A stretch of DNA of 64,000 bases from a virus. Positions within the stretch are counted from its first letter, which is position 1, and each line of letters begins with the position of its first letter. The notes beneath the pieces were generated by a model. That model saw only the letters and a list, made by a program, of their open reading frames with translations, had not been told where the DNA came from and did no database searches. A program made the translations under genes and the position numbers. The stretch lies in IMG/VR virus record IMGVR_UViG_3300014613_000017, positions 1 to 64,000 of that record; one strand, given 5' to 3'. Shown piece by piece: positions 20,601-29,878 of this stretch.

Positions 20601-20748
20601 CATTCCCTGCATATCCATGCTCCACTGTGGAAAGTGTTTTGTGTCCTAGTTCTACAGCTCTTTTTGCAATATCTTCTATAGATAAAACACTATCCGTGGT
20701 CATTATATTACTGTAGAATGTGTGCTTATGAAGGTTTTCGTATCTCAA
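17698..20748 (-). CDS. dnaE: DNA polymerase III alpha subunit (YorL-like), TTG start
   Basis: PHP HKH..SN, GRGSAPS, SLPDIDF, HPCA, KNDYL and GFNASHA; start moved to the TTG after AGAGGAG. Confidence 0.93.
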   Translation of the reverse strand: MRYENLHKHTFYSNIMTTDSVLSIEDIAKRAVELGHKTLSTVEHGYAGNVYEYYDIAKKYGLKMVFGVEFYFVNDRTEKDRTNAHLLILAKNNSGKKQLTRLISEASKTGFYYRPRIDRELLFSLNSNDVLVTSTCIASPYNLYEDECFIVDCHNYFGDNFYLEIHDNTNIKQVDYNKKLLRLHEKYGIPFIFATDTHYIYEEDAKWRDLLLKGKGINYPEEDGFILDYPEPHRIFERFEEQGVFTREQVEESLRNTLIVDTFEEIVMNRDVFKMPSIYPDLTHEEKVLKLKTIVSEEWNKDRGNIPKEKHQEYMEAIRFEMNIIDKTSTEDYFLLNYPIIKRGKELGGVLTMTGRGSAPSFYLNKLLGFTEVDRLDAPITLYPTRFMSISRILETKSLPDIDFNTADPVPFIQATKEILGEDSCLLMTAYGTMQESEAFRNLCRAYGMKTEEFNDVGKDLDSYKNHPKWGKIIEDSRIFIGVIDSVSPHPCAALLLSQPISEEVGVIRVGDEYCALIDSTTSDSWNYLKNDYLTVTVWKIIADTFKAINEPIPDVRTLSKLVENDSKVWDLYEKGLTATLNQTGTDSGTPQVVQYRPKNIRELSGWVSAIRPAFSSMKSYFLNREGFSYGIPEFDEILQESDNYILYQENIMSALVYAGFSEDETYGLLKAIAKKKEGVIEPIHDRFIKGFVDKTGSEENALRVWKILEDSVGYGFNASHAYSVALDSVYGAYLKAKFPLVYYSVVLNIYRGNIAQTAKIMKELKYFGIKVESIKYGKSRGDYSVDEASNSIYKGIGSIKYMNVSVAEELFELSKENEYDSFLDLLVGIVENTKLNKTHISTLIKLDFFSDFGCKIKLLEIYEEFRDKYSKNHIEKTKIKRMETLEEMQLSIMQSEKRKPNLIEQIVFEKDVLGYAITKYPEVGDSVFLVLEVNEKYTPRATTYRLSDGEELSYKIPKTHFYFEESKLLHKGDIIQILDVETKNAWKMENNKWVKNEDKTENWINLCKIIKRYNN

Positions 20749-20854
20749 TTTTACCAAACTCCTCTCTTTAATTTTATTTTTATATCGAAAAATGAGTGTA
20801 GTAATTAACAATCTAATCACTACACTCTTATTGTATACTTATAATTTATTAATA

Positions 20855-21760
20855 TCAAGCGTTTTGTTTTAATTTTCTAGCTAATTTTAATTCTTGTGCT
20901 TCGTTAGCACTATCCATCTTTCTATCTAGATAAATTTCTGAGTCATCATATAAATAACCCAATAACCACGTCACTTGATCTACCCCACTAAAGCAGATAC
21001 CAGTTGCAGAACCGTCTCTATCTTTGTGTCGTTTTATTGTTTTAACTTTATTCTTTTTGAAGCCTATTTCAATCCAATGATCCTGTATAAAATCAATCAA
21101 ATCTTCAGTACTGTATAATTGCAACGACATTTTTAAATTGGGATTCCAAGATGGCTTACCTTTGTTCCAATATGTCGTTATGCTTCCATCTGCATCAAAA
21201 ACACCTCTAATAAAATGCCTTACTAAACTTTTAGGAATTTTTTCAGTTACAGGTAGAGACGTGCTGCGATGAGTAACCATTCCATATTTGATTCTAAGAG
21301 TCTCACCCATATGTCTACTTGTAACTACAATCCTTGCTTCTCGTCGAACTTCTTCAGACATGAAACCATTTGTGATATCATAAATTTTTACTGGGTGCTC
21401 TGCCTCAATCGCCTCTTTAAATTTGTAAACATGTGAAACATCATTATCGGATAGGGAAAGCTTTATCTGAAGATTGTTTGCTTGGTCTATGATACTTCCA
21501 TCACACCAAATGAATCCCAACCAATATGCTTTTTCTTCACAGTCTATTTCATCAAAGTAATTCTCGTTGAACCTGAATTTAGATGTATATCCTCTTAAAG
21601 GTATTTTGCACTCTTTTAGCCATTTCTTTATTTTGCCTTCTCCAACTCCATATTTCTTTCCTATTCTAATAAGAGACATATTCTCATCTTCATACATCCT
21701 TTTGAGGTCTTCTAGAGTAACACCTCTACTTTCCATTGATATTGGACTTCCTACGGGCAT
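20855..21760 (-). CDS. free-standing LAGLIDADG homing endonuclease with N-terminal HTH
   Basis: YWLGFIWCDGSI and FIRGVFDADGSI motifs. Confidence 0.88.
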   Translation of the reverse strand: MPVGSPISMESRGVTLEDLKRMYEDENMSLIRIGKKYGVGEGKIKKWLKECKIPLRGYTSKFRFNENYFDEIDCEEKAYWLGFIWCDGSIIDQANNLQIKLSLSDNDVSHVYKFKEAIEAEHPVKIYDITNGFMSEEVRREARIVVTSRHMGETLRIKYGMVTHRSTSLPVTEKIPKSLVRHFIRGVFDADGSITTYWNKGKPSWNPNLKMSLQLYSTEDLIDFIQDHWIEIGFKKNKVKTIKRHKDRDGSATGICFSGVDQVTWLLGYLYDDSEIYLDRKMDSANEAQELKLARKLKQNA

Positions 21761-22011
21761 ATTGTGCCTCCTTTTTAATTATAATTTATTATTTAAAACA
21801 TCCAATAAAAGAGTTGTTTTATTAGGTAATTATTTCACACTTTATTAAAAGTGACGAAAACACTGAAAAACTAGGCTACGAACGCTGATATAGCAAGGTT
21901 TGTGAGCGTCATATTATGAAACTTGTGTAAATGCTGTATTTTAGCTGATTTACACGTTACCAATAAAAACTGTATTTTATTTGATCTTTAATACACAATA
22001 AAAAGTTTATT

Positions 22012-22404
22012 TTACTTGCTTGTCTGTAGATCAATATCAGGAATAATTGATTCAGGTCTAAATATTACACGATAATGGAACGGGTCTACATTTTCAGAGT
22101 CAGTCTGCTCTACAAAGTAGCTCACATTATCACTGAGTCCGAGGAAGTGTTTCTTATACTCACCTTCACCAACCTTACATGTTACTTCAAGCTGATTTCC
22201 TTCGTCAGTGATAGAGCATAGTCCCTCAATAGATAGAAGATACTTGTCAGTAATACCGTTTAAGAATACCACTCGTCTTTCTACTTCAAAGGAATCTGCC
22301 GACTTAGACAAGTTGGTTGACACTGTATCTGCTTCCGTACATGCCCCCAAAATAAGTGTTGCAAATAGTGCAAGGATAGTTAGTTTCTTCTTCATTTTCA
22401 TCAA
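22012..22404 (-). CDS. phage lipoprotein
   Basis: Signal peptide with LGAC lipobox; RRVVF.NGITD pattern. Confidence 0.8.
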   Translation of the reverse strand: MMKMKKKLTILALFATLILGACTEADTVSTNLSKSADSFEVERRVVFLNGITDKYLLSIEGLCSITDEGNQLEVTCKVGEGEYKKHFLGLSDNVSYFVEQTDSENVDPFHYRVIFRPESIIPDIDLQTSK

Positions 22405-22442
22405 CCTTTCGAATTTTAATTATATTTGATTATTCTGTTCTC

Positions 22443-24165
22443 CTAAAATACAAATCTAGCAGTATCTTTAATCTGCAAAATTTCCACAGCTTCAATTACA
22501 AACTGTGGAGTTACATTACCCTTCCAGCTATTCAAACCTGTTTTACCAACAACGTTTAAAATTGCTGTTTTATTGTCTAATTTGAGGTCTAAAAGTGCTC
22601 CAATATCGTTAAATTTGATGAATTCTATGTTATTTACGTTGAATTTAATGATATTTTGCTCTTTTCCGATGAGTTCTGCATCGCCTAAATTTACTTCTAG
22701 CTGCTCTACAGCATACATTGGTACTTCTAGTCCTTTTCCCCATACTCCAGAAAACTTTTCCATTTCAATTATAAATGGTTTATTAATATTACTAGCAGGC
22801 AATATTAAATCAACAACATGTGACTCATCAGTGTCTAGTTCATATAATGCTTGATTGATCGCATTATCTAATAGCTTGAAATTATCATAATCAATTCTAA
22901 TTCCAGATGCCCCTTGATGCCCTTCTACAAAATCAAATAAATTTAATCCTTGTAAGAAGTCTTTAGTGTCACTCATTAAAGTGTCATAACCACGCATAGA
23001 GCCAACTAAAAACTTTTCATCCTTTTCATCTTTACGTAGTACTAGTGTAGGCTTACGATACTTAGTGACCAAGAACGAAGCGATATATCCACTCATATTC
23101 ATCTCAAAGTCGCCTTCAATTTCAACAACTATAAATGAATTTTCATGTAGCTTTTCTATTTCAATCTTAGCTGACAACTCTTCAAGCAATTTCTCCTTGA
23201 GCTTACGTTGTTTTTGGTACATGTTGTTACATATTCGAGTAATGCGTCTTGCCCATGTTTCTGATTTATCAGCTTTTCTTAGTCGAGCGTTAAAAGTAAT
23301 TTCTTGATGTCCAATAAACGCTTTGAATAAGTCATCCAATTCCTCAGTAGTAGCCATTCGTAGATAGGCATTAACTTTAGGATTAACTTTAAAACTGAGA
23401 ACATTAGGAGTCACTTCTACTCCCTCATCAACATTCTCTTTGATTAGTTCATTGAAGAATTCATTTTGAATATTGGATAAGCCATTTGAGATTAACCATT
23501 TGGTTTCTTTTGATGATAATTGCATGGCATCTCCGACCATTCCCCAAGCAGATAAATCAGCGTAGTCTTCAGCAAAACTTAATCCTAATGTCTTATCAAT
23601 CTGTTGAATAAACTTGTACACAACTCCTGCACCACTAATCCATTTGTTAGGATAATCATCTAACTGAGGATTAATAGTTAGAGCATGCTCTGAGTAGCTA
23701 TCTGCTTCATGGTGATCCAATATTAAAATGTCGATTCCTTTGTTATTTAAATCTTCATATATCTCATAATCATTCGAACCACCATCAGGTAAAATGAATA
23801 GGTTGGTCTCTACTGGTATTAGTTCAGGATTAACTCCATGTTTCTTATCTGGCAAGTGATTTGACCAAGTTAGTTTAATAGTAGGAAATGTTCTAACTAA
23901 GTAAAGGACTAGCTCCGCTGCCGATGTAAATCCGTCAAAGATCCTTATCAATCTGAATATGAATGTGACTGCCATTCTCAATATGATTTAATAAGGAACT
24001 AACACCTCCTTCAATATTGCTAAGTAGTGTAGGCTCATGCTCAAACTTTTGAGGATTGATATACCACTCAATATCCTCTGATTTAATATCTCTGTTAGCG
24101 AAAATTGTTGATATCGGATCAAACAGATTTACGTTTTCTTTGTTCTTAAGTAAATAAATATTCAT
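22443..24165 (-). CDS. recJ: RecJ/DHH ssDNA exonuclease (YorK-like) split by a +1 frameshift at 23937
   Basis: IDKDL|DGFTS rebuilds DHH motif I; LDHH, GDAMQL and GH..A.G; fused product about 573 aa. Confidence 0.85.
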
Positions 24166-24232
24166 CAACCTCTTTCATTATAATTATAATTTATTAATTA
24201 AGCAAGTAATTTTTTCCAGATAAAAATCCCTT

Positions 24233-24463
24233 TTATTCTTCAATCCTTTTAATTGAAAACTCTACTCCATCTCGTTCTTTTGCAAGTGTCCAATAGTCAT
24301 CCCATGATTTCTGAGTTGCTACGTGCTCACTTAGTCCTCGGCTTAGATAATACTGTTTTCTATCCTCTTTAAATTGATTATCTTCTTCCCACTCTTTTTT
24401 TAATTCAGGATTCTTATCAAGCATTTCATCAAACTTTTTAATTATAAGTTTCATGTCATCCAT
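24233..24463 (-). CDS. hypothetical protein
   Basis: GGAGG RBS. Confidence 0.7.
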   Translation of the reverse strand: MDDMKLIIKKFDEMLDKNPELKKEWEEDNQFKEDRKQYYLSRGLSEHVATQKSWDDYWTLAKERDGVEFSIKRIEE

Positions 24464-24480
24464 GTCTCTATTGCCTCCTT

Positions 24481-24687
24481 TTAGATGTACTCAACATTTT
24501 CAAGTGTTGTAGTTCCATCTTCATTCTTTCTACATCTCGCAACAGCAGTAAAATCCTTGCTATCTTTCGGTGCATAATCAATCCCAATGATGTACTCATG
24601 ATCTTCATATTCAAAGTCATCAATAATTGCTTTAACTTTAGCTTCTGTTTCTTTATCCCTTGGTTCACCTGAGTAGAATATCTTCAT
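24481..24687 (-). CDS. hypothetical protein
   Basis: IGIDYA..DFTAV motif; ATGA coupling. Confidence 0.65.
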   Translation of the reverse strand: MKIFYSGEPRDKETEAKVKAIIDDFEYEDHEYIIGIDYAPKDSKDFTAVARCRKNEDGTTTLENVEYI

Positions 24688-24857
24688 AGAGAAGCTACAG
24701 CTCGTTTCAACTGTTCTTTTTTAACAGTAATCAATTGATTCCCAATGGTAACACTTACGTATTCATCTCCATCAAATACATCAAATTCAAACTCGATACC
24801 ATCAACATGTTTGTCTTCGTATACTTCAACTTCTTCAGTAATTTTTAGTTTAATCAT
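24684..24857 (-). CDS. hypothetical protein, 57 aa
   Basis: Read by eye; GGAGG RBS. Confidence 0.6.
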   Translation of the reverse strand: MIKLKITEEVEVYEDKHVDGIEFEFDVFDGDEYVSVTIGNQLITVKKEQLKRAVASL

Positions 24858-24892
24858 TCAACATTCCTCCAATCAAATTGTTATTTTATTCG

Positions 24893-25060
24893 TTAACCAA
24901 TTAATGCTAGATATATAAAGTAAGCCAGTACAATAGCAATCAGATCATGAAACAAACTTGGTTTCACAGCACCGTATCTCCATTTCTCGTATTGAATCCA
25001 AATCAATGAAATGATTGCGTATATTACAAATATCCAAAAGAATCCTAGTAAAACTCCCAT
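24893..25060 (-). CDS. two-TM membrane protein, 55 aa
   Basis: Read by eye: TM-YEKWRYG.VKP-TM. Confidence 0.6.
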   Translation of the reverse strand: MGVLLGFFWIFVIYAIISLIWIQYEKWRYGAVKPSLFHDLIAIVLAYFIYLALIG

Positions 25061-25116
25061 TATCTTTTCTCCCCTTCTGTGTTAAAATTTAATTATTATA
25101 TAAAGTAGGTGATACC

Positions 25117-25317
25117 ATGAATCCTCCAAAACCAGTATCGGTCAGATTAGATGATATTGAAGCTAAGCTAGATGAATTAATTAAAATACAAAAGTCACCT
25201 TACGTACCTTCGCCAATTCCTGCTGATTGGTTGGCATTTGTTGAATATGCTAGTAAAACTTCACTTGATCCAACATTCTTGTTGACTTTTGCTAAGAGAG
25301 TTAGAAAAGAGGATTAG
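25117..25317 (+). CDS. antisense-orientation paralog of 15124..15453
   Basis: KP...RLDDIE N-terminus and IPADW..FV.YA C-terminus; AGGTGA RBS. Confidence 0.65.
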   Translation: MNPPKPVSVRLDDIEAKLDELIKIQKSPYVPSPIPADWLAFVEYASKTSLDPTFLLTFAKRVRKED

Positions 25318-25565
25318 TTTAATTCGTAATACTCTTTGACATACTCAACACCAAACTCTTCTATTTCACCAACGATTCTATCCAGCACTTTGCTACTTTT
25401 GTGTAACTCATAAAGTTTTTCTGATTCAATTGATAAAGAATCAAGTCTTTCTAGGCTATATGTCATTAGCTCATCTCGGCTTGATTTCAATTCCTCAACG
25501 CCACAAATTTCAGCAACCTTTAGAATGTAGTCTACATACTGTTCTTTATCTTCTTTTAAACTCAT
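25314..25565 (-). CDS. hypothetical protein
   Basis: RBS; compact ORF. Confidence 0.7.
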   Translation of the reverse strand: MSLKEDKEQYVDYILKVAEICGVEELKSSRDELMTYSLERLDSLSIESEKLYELHKSSKVLDRIVGEIEEFGVEYVKEYYELN

Positions 25566-25796
25566 TTAATCTCTCCTTTTCTCATTAAAATATGGAATTT
25601 AAAAGTCATTTTTATTTGTTGTTTCCTTCTTGCTGATAGTTGGCACAAGTAATAATAATAGTAGAAACCAATTGTTCCCTAATACAAACGTTCCATATGC
25701 TGAAAAAGCCATAACAGCTAAGCTAACAATTGCCCAAGCAAGATATGCCATATTAATCCCTCCTCAAAAACTCAGTTTTTATTTGGTTATAATTCA

Positions 25797-26657
25797 TTAT
25801 TTAAACACTTTAAAATAGTTTGGTTTTACTCCCTCTTCTTTAAAGTGAACCCTTAAAAACTCTATTACTACTTTTTTAGGCAAATCCATTCTATCCCCTA
25901 TTTCTTTTTCTCTGTACTGCTTCCATTCATCTGAAAATAGCTTTTGGATTATATCTTCTTTTAATTCTTCAGATTTTGCAATCACTTTAAAGAATTTGTA
26001 TCTATAACTGTCTTTTACTATTTCTCCTTTATGATTCAAGAAGATTTCATAATCATGCTTATGATCAAAATATCTAGTCTTCTTTTTCATCACTTCTATT
26101 TTAAATGTATTTCTGTTCTCGTGCTTCCAAGTTTCGCTAGAAATTATTTGGTAGATACTGCTCTCTGATACGAAAAATGCTTTTGCAATGTCAGGCACTC
26201 GTGCTCCATTCTTAATTAATTCCTCGATTTTTCTCAAGTCTTTTTCTTTTAGTTTTGCAGTAGGATGATTCTCACCTATTCCAATAGGAACACCTAACCT
26301 TCTTTGTCTCATTTTTTCAACATAATCTCTGTCCATTTTAAACCCTTTTGCACCACGACCTGCCGATATGTTATATAATTGAATACCATCTTCTCGATAT
26401 TTCCTTATCCAATACTCTTCTTTGTCCTTTAGCTCTTCAACGCTCTCCGCTGTATCAATGATTTCCCACACAAAAGACTCGAAGCCGAACTCTCTCATTT
26501 CTCTATAGAACTCATATCTTTGTTCATATTCCCTATTCGCTGCTTTCCTATGATCATTTATTCTGGCATCTATTCCTCTTCTTGTTTGACCGATGTATAT
26601 TTTTCCATTCACTGTATTTCTGCCTTTATAAATATGTTTATTGTTCAATAATTTCAC
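25797..26657 (-). CDS. free-standing GIY-YIG homing endonuclease
   Basis: HIYKGRN..NGKIYIGQT..R..H...E; C-terminal HTH; ATGA overlap with primase. Confidence 0.88.
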   Translation of the reverse strand: MKLLNNKHIYKGRNTVNGKIYIGQTRRGIDARINDHRKAANREYEQRYEFYREMREFGFESFVWEIIDTAESVEELKDKEEYWIRKYREDGIQLYNISAGRGAKGFKMDRDYVEKMRQRRLGVPIGIGENHPTAKLKEKDLRKIEELIKNGARVPDIAKAFFVSESSIYQIISSETWKHENRNTFKIEVMKKKTRYFDHKHDYEIFLNHKGEIVKDSYRYKFFKVIAKSEELKEDIIQKLFSDEWKQYREKEIGDRMDLPKKVVIEFLRVHFKEEGVKPNYFKVFK

Positions 26658-27775
26658 TCCTTATTAAGCACCTCTTGCTTCTGCTTTAACATTTGAACTA
26701 ACACATCCTTTCCCCTATCAGCAGGCGATTCCTTAAATCCAATCAATCCCTCACTGTTCCATAAGACAGTTGTACGAATAAAGGGGGTAAACTTCCTAGC
26801 CATTCCTAGCACTTTTTGCATCTGTCTTAGTTCTGCATCTCTGTCTCCATGTTGGAATTCACAATCCATGGCAATTTGAACTTCTGATAAGCCTTCTATA
26901 CTTAGAACAATGTCAATTTGTCGTTGAGATAAACTTGATCCAGATAAGGCTACCGCATAGCAATCTTCACCGAAAAACGAAAATGTTTGTAAAACGCTCT
27001 TCTCTGACTCAAAGATAATAATTTTCTTTAATCGCTTTATTGCTTCCTTATTCTCCCATAGTCCAAATAAATTCATAAAAGTAGGATAACTGTACGTATG
27101 TCCTTGAATGGTAAGGGGTATATACTTAGCCATTCCACTTTCAATCACTCCATTGTATCTTCCACGTAAGCCAATTATCTTTCCATTTTCCCAAAAGCGA
27201 TTAACTAATACGATTCGACTTGCTTTGTCGTAATAGCGAATTCCAAATTTATCTAAAGCTGCTTCAGAAATATGGTCATTCCTGAACAGACTAGGATTAT
27301 TATGATGTGAAAACACGTCTAGGATTGCTTCATTGTAGAATTTCAGCTCTGGTAATTCGACTTTCTTCTTGCGAGTGACACGATTCATCCATTCCATTTC
27401 TGGATTTTTTTCTTCTTTAGTTTCAATCTCGATTCCAAATCCAAAACTTCTGCCACATGTTCTAGCTACATAATCGACTGCTGCTGTAAATGATAAAGTT
27501 TGACCTCTATTTTCAAACACCTTTTGAGTAAGTGAATACACATCGTAATTGCACGAACACTGAGTAAAACATCTAAATGTATATGAATCCTCGTCAGAGA
27601 AATAATAGAGCTTCATGCTTCCACTATGCTGATTATGACAAATTGTATTTGTAATTAGCTGACCTTTTGAATCAGTTTCATCAATGAAATCATTTGCACC
27701 TAAACTAGTTAATAATTGCTTAACATCTTGAACGGTTAAACTCGCTTTGAGGTGATCCTTATTATGTCTTATAAT
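26654..27775 (-). CDS. DNA primase (YorJ-like), predicted ATT start
   Basis: CHN...CFTQC zinc finger, IIFESEKS and AMD TOPRIM motifs; frame stays open upstream of 27616 to an in-frame TGA, with no ATG/GTG/TTG in that stretch. Confidence 0.85.
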   Translation of the reverse strand: MIRHNKDHLKASLTVQDVKQLLTSLGANDFIDETDSKGQLITNTICHNQHSGSMKLYYFSDEDSYTFRCFTQCSCNYDVYSLTQKVFENRGQTLSFTAAVDYVARTCGRSFGFGIEIETKEEKNPEMEWMNRVTRKKKVELPELKFYNEAILDVFSHHNNPSLFRNDHISEAALDKFGIRYYDKASRIVLVNRFWENGKIIGLRGRYNGVIESGMAKYIPLTIQGHTYSYPTFMNLFGLWENKEAIKRLKKIIIFESEKSVLQTFSFFGEDCYAVALSGSSLSQRQIDIVLSIEGLSEVQIAMDCEFQHGDRDAELRQMQKVLGMARKFTPFIRTTVLWNSEGLIGFKESPADRGKDVLVQMLKQKQEVLNKE

Positions 27776-27790
27776 TGTGATTCACCTCTT

Positions 27791-29362
27791 TTAGAAATCG
27801 AATGATGTTGGCAATGGGTCTGACGTTGATTTAGGTTTTTCCATGATAATTGTCTTCTTAAGAATATGAGGAATCAGTTCACCCTTATAATTTGTACAAT
27901 ACAAGTCGGTAAATCGAAGTGTTCCCATATTAAAATGCCCCCAAATCCGAACAAATTTCCACTTAGAACCACGAGATTTATACACGTTTAAGCTTATATT
28001 TGGCTCTAATCCAAAACCATTTACAGCACCCGAGCTACGAATAGCCTCTAATATCTTTTGATCTTTTTCACGAATTGGAAGAATGATATATCCTCCATCA
28101 ATCTTATCTGCTAGTGCTTTACTTCCTCGAATCCACGACTGATCCATATTGTCATTGACGTTTTGATTATCATTTAACTGTGTCGAGCTTTCAATGTGAA
28201 TATCATATTTGTTACACAAGTTTTTCAACATGATACCCATGATAAGCAGCACTTGGTCTTCACGTAGATTTTTAACCCCTTTATCTGCTAATGAACTGAG
28301 CAGCTTTAATGATGTATGAATGTAGTCGAACTCGATGAACTCAATATCATGCTTATTTACGTTCTTTAAGATAACTGTTTCAATATCTTCAATATCAAAG
28401 TCTTCAAGCAACTCAAACCAAAGATTTGACCTCTCAAGGATATCTACTGCTTTATCTAATCGCTTCTTCTGCTCATCTGTTAGTTTATTGTCATGAATCA
28501 AATCCTCATCAACATCAGCAATGTAGCATAAGAATGGGAGTTTAACTTCTTCGCTGTCCAATTCTGTACTGATTACTAATCCACTGCCATTTGCACCAGT
28601 CTTAACCCATTTACCATTCTCCCAAATTTCAGGAATTGTTTTAACACACATGTTAGCCATACCTAATCGACTCTTACCACTACCTGTATTACCATGCTTC
28701 AAATAGAATTTCTTTTTTCGACTTCCACGTAGAATTAAATTCAGATACTTTGAGGCTAGTGGTGCGCCATAGCTTGGAGCTACTTCCTTAGACTTCAAAA
28801 TTTCTCTTGTATCATCAGCCATATGACTTCCATTGAATGACTGCTCAAGTAAGAATTGCTCTTTAATCTCAATCATTTTCAGCTCAACATGTCTAACCAT
28901 TTGAGTTAATGTCATCTCATTGAATCGGTCATTTTGATCTTTTTCATCTTTTAAATCTACAACTGAAGCATCATAAATGTCAGTTACATCAATACCAATC
29001 TTCTTACATTCACGCAAGAATGAGAATTTTTTCACTCGGTTGAAGTAGTATTGAAAATTGTCAGGCTCTCCGATTTCCTCTAATTTAAATAAATAATCTA
29101 AGCCATCATTGCTGTTAAATGTTGCATATTGAGCTGAATAGGCTGATAAATAGCCGTCTACGTCTACTGTTGTAATCTTCTCAGCACCTTGCAGTTTCAA
29201 ATTGTGAATTGCACTAAACACAATCTGATGAAATGGTTCTGGATAGTCTGAAGCGTCTGTCTTATATTCCTTTTGTAGAATACGCTCTGGCTGAGCCATT
29301 AATCCTGCAAACAGGTGTAGGATAGCTTTTTTATCTTGGAGTTTACTTTCGATTTTACTCAT
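27791..29362 (-). CDS. DnaB-like replicative helicase (YorI-like)
   Basis: GNTGSGKSR Walker A, STE, FDYIH, QLN and RG motifs. Confidence 0.9.
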   Translation of the reverse strand: MSKIESKLQDKKAILHLFAGLMAQPERILQKEYKTDASDYPEPFHQIVFSAIHNLKLQGAEKITTVDVDGYLSAYSAQYATFNSNDGLDYLFKLEEIGEPDNFQYYFNRVKKFSFLRECKKIGIDVTDIYDASVVDLKDEKDQNDRFNEMTLTQMVRHVELKMIEIKEQFLLEQSFNGSHMADDTREILKSKEVAPSYGAPLASKYLNLILRGSRKKKFYLKHGNTGSGKSRLGMANMCVKTIPEIWENGKWVKTGANGSGLVISTELDSEEVKLPFLCYIADVDEDLIHDNKLTDEQKKRLDKAVDILERSNLWFELLEDFDIEDIETVILKNVNKHDIEFIEFDYIHTSLKLLSSLADKGVKNLREDQVLLIMGIMLKNLCNKYDIHIESSTQLNDNQNVNDNMDQSWIRGSKALADKIDGGYIILPIREKDQKILEAIRSSGAVNGFGLEPNISLNVYKSRGSKWKFVRIWGHFNMGTLRFTDLYCTNYKGELIPHILKKTIIMEKPKSTSDPLPTSFDF

Positions 29363-29861
29363 TTGCGATCCCCTCTATATCTATAAAATTCTTCTGTTTT
29401 CTCTTGGTCGGTTGGATATAAATTACTTCTGCTTCAGTATTTATTACAATGTTCTTTGCTGAATTTTCTATTTGTTGCATTTTAGTAAAATATCGTTTTG
29501 CTTCCTCATAAATGTGAGATACAATTCCAATCCCTCTTGTCTTATATTTCTTGTTATCTTCATCTTGTAAGACTGGATTTCCCTGTATTTCATGGAAGTA
29601 ATAAAGACTCATTTGTATACCTTTTAACGTGTAATTGTATTGCGTTTCAAACTCTTTAATCTGTTTAAGTATGTTTCCATTGACCATTGGTACTTTATAT
29701 AAATCACATATATACTCTATAAGTTCTGATCTGTGTTGTTTTCTAATTTCAAATTTCTCAAAGCATTTAATGTGATACGTTTTTCCTGAATGTTTAACGA
29801 ATTCGCCTTCTACTTTTTCAACTTCTTTTTCGCACTCTGGACATTTTGGAAGCCTAGCCAT
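29355..29861 (-). CDS. zinc-binding helicase-associated protein (YorH-like)
   Basis: CPEC...HIKC; position immediately before the helicase. Confidence 0.7.
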   Translation of the reverse strand: MARLPKCPECEKEVEKVEGEFVKHSGKTYHIKCFEKFEIRKQHRSELIEYICDLYKVPMVNGNILKQIKEFETQYNYTLKGIQMSLYYFHEIQGNPVLQDEDNKKYKTRGIGIVSHIYEEAKRYFTKMQQIENSAKNIVINTEAEVIYIQPTKRKQKNFIDIEGIANE

Positions 29862-29878
29862 ATGCTATGAACCTCCTT

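Noticed and set aside
20855-21760. intron- or intein-encoded endonuclease
   Set aside because: No interrupted host gene, no group I core in the flanks and no intein terminal residues.
24468-24668. alternative minus-strand ORF overlapping 24481..24687
   Set aside because: Same-strand overlap in another frame; the 24481 ORF has ATGA coupling and a more protein-like sequence.
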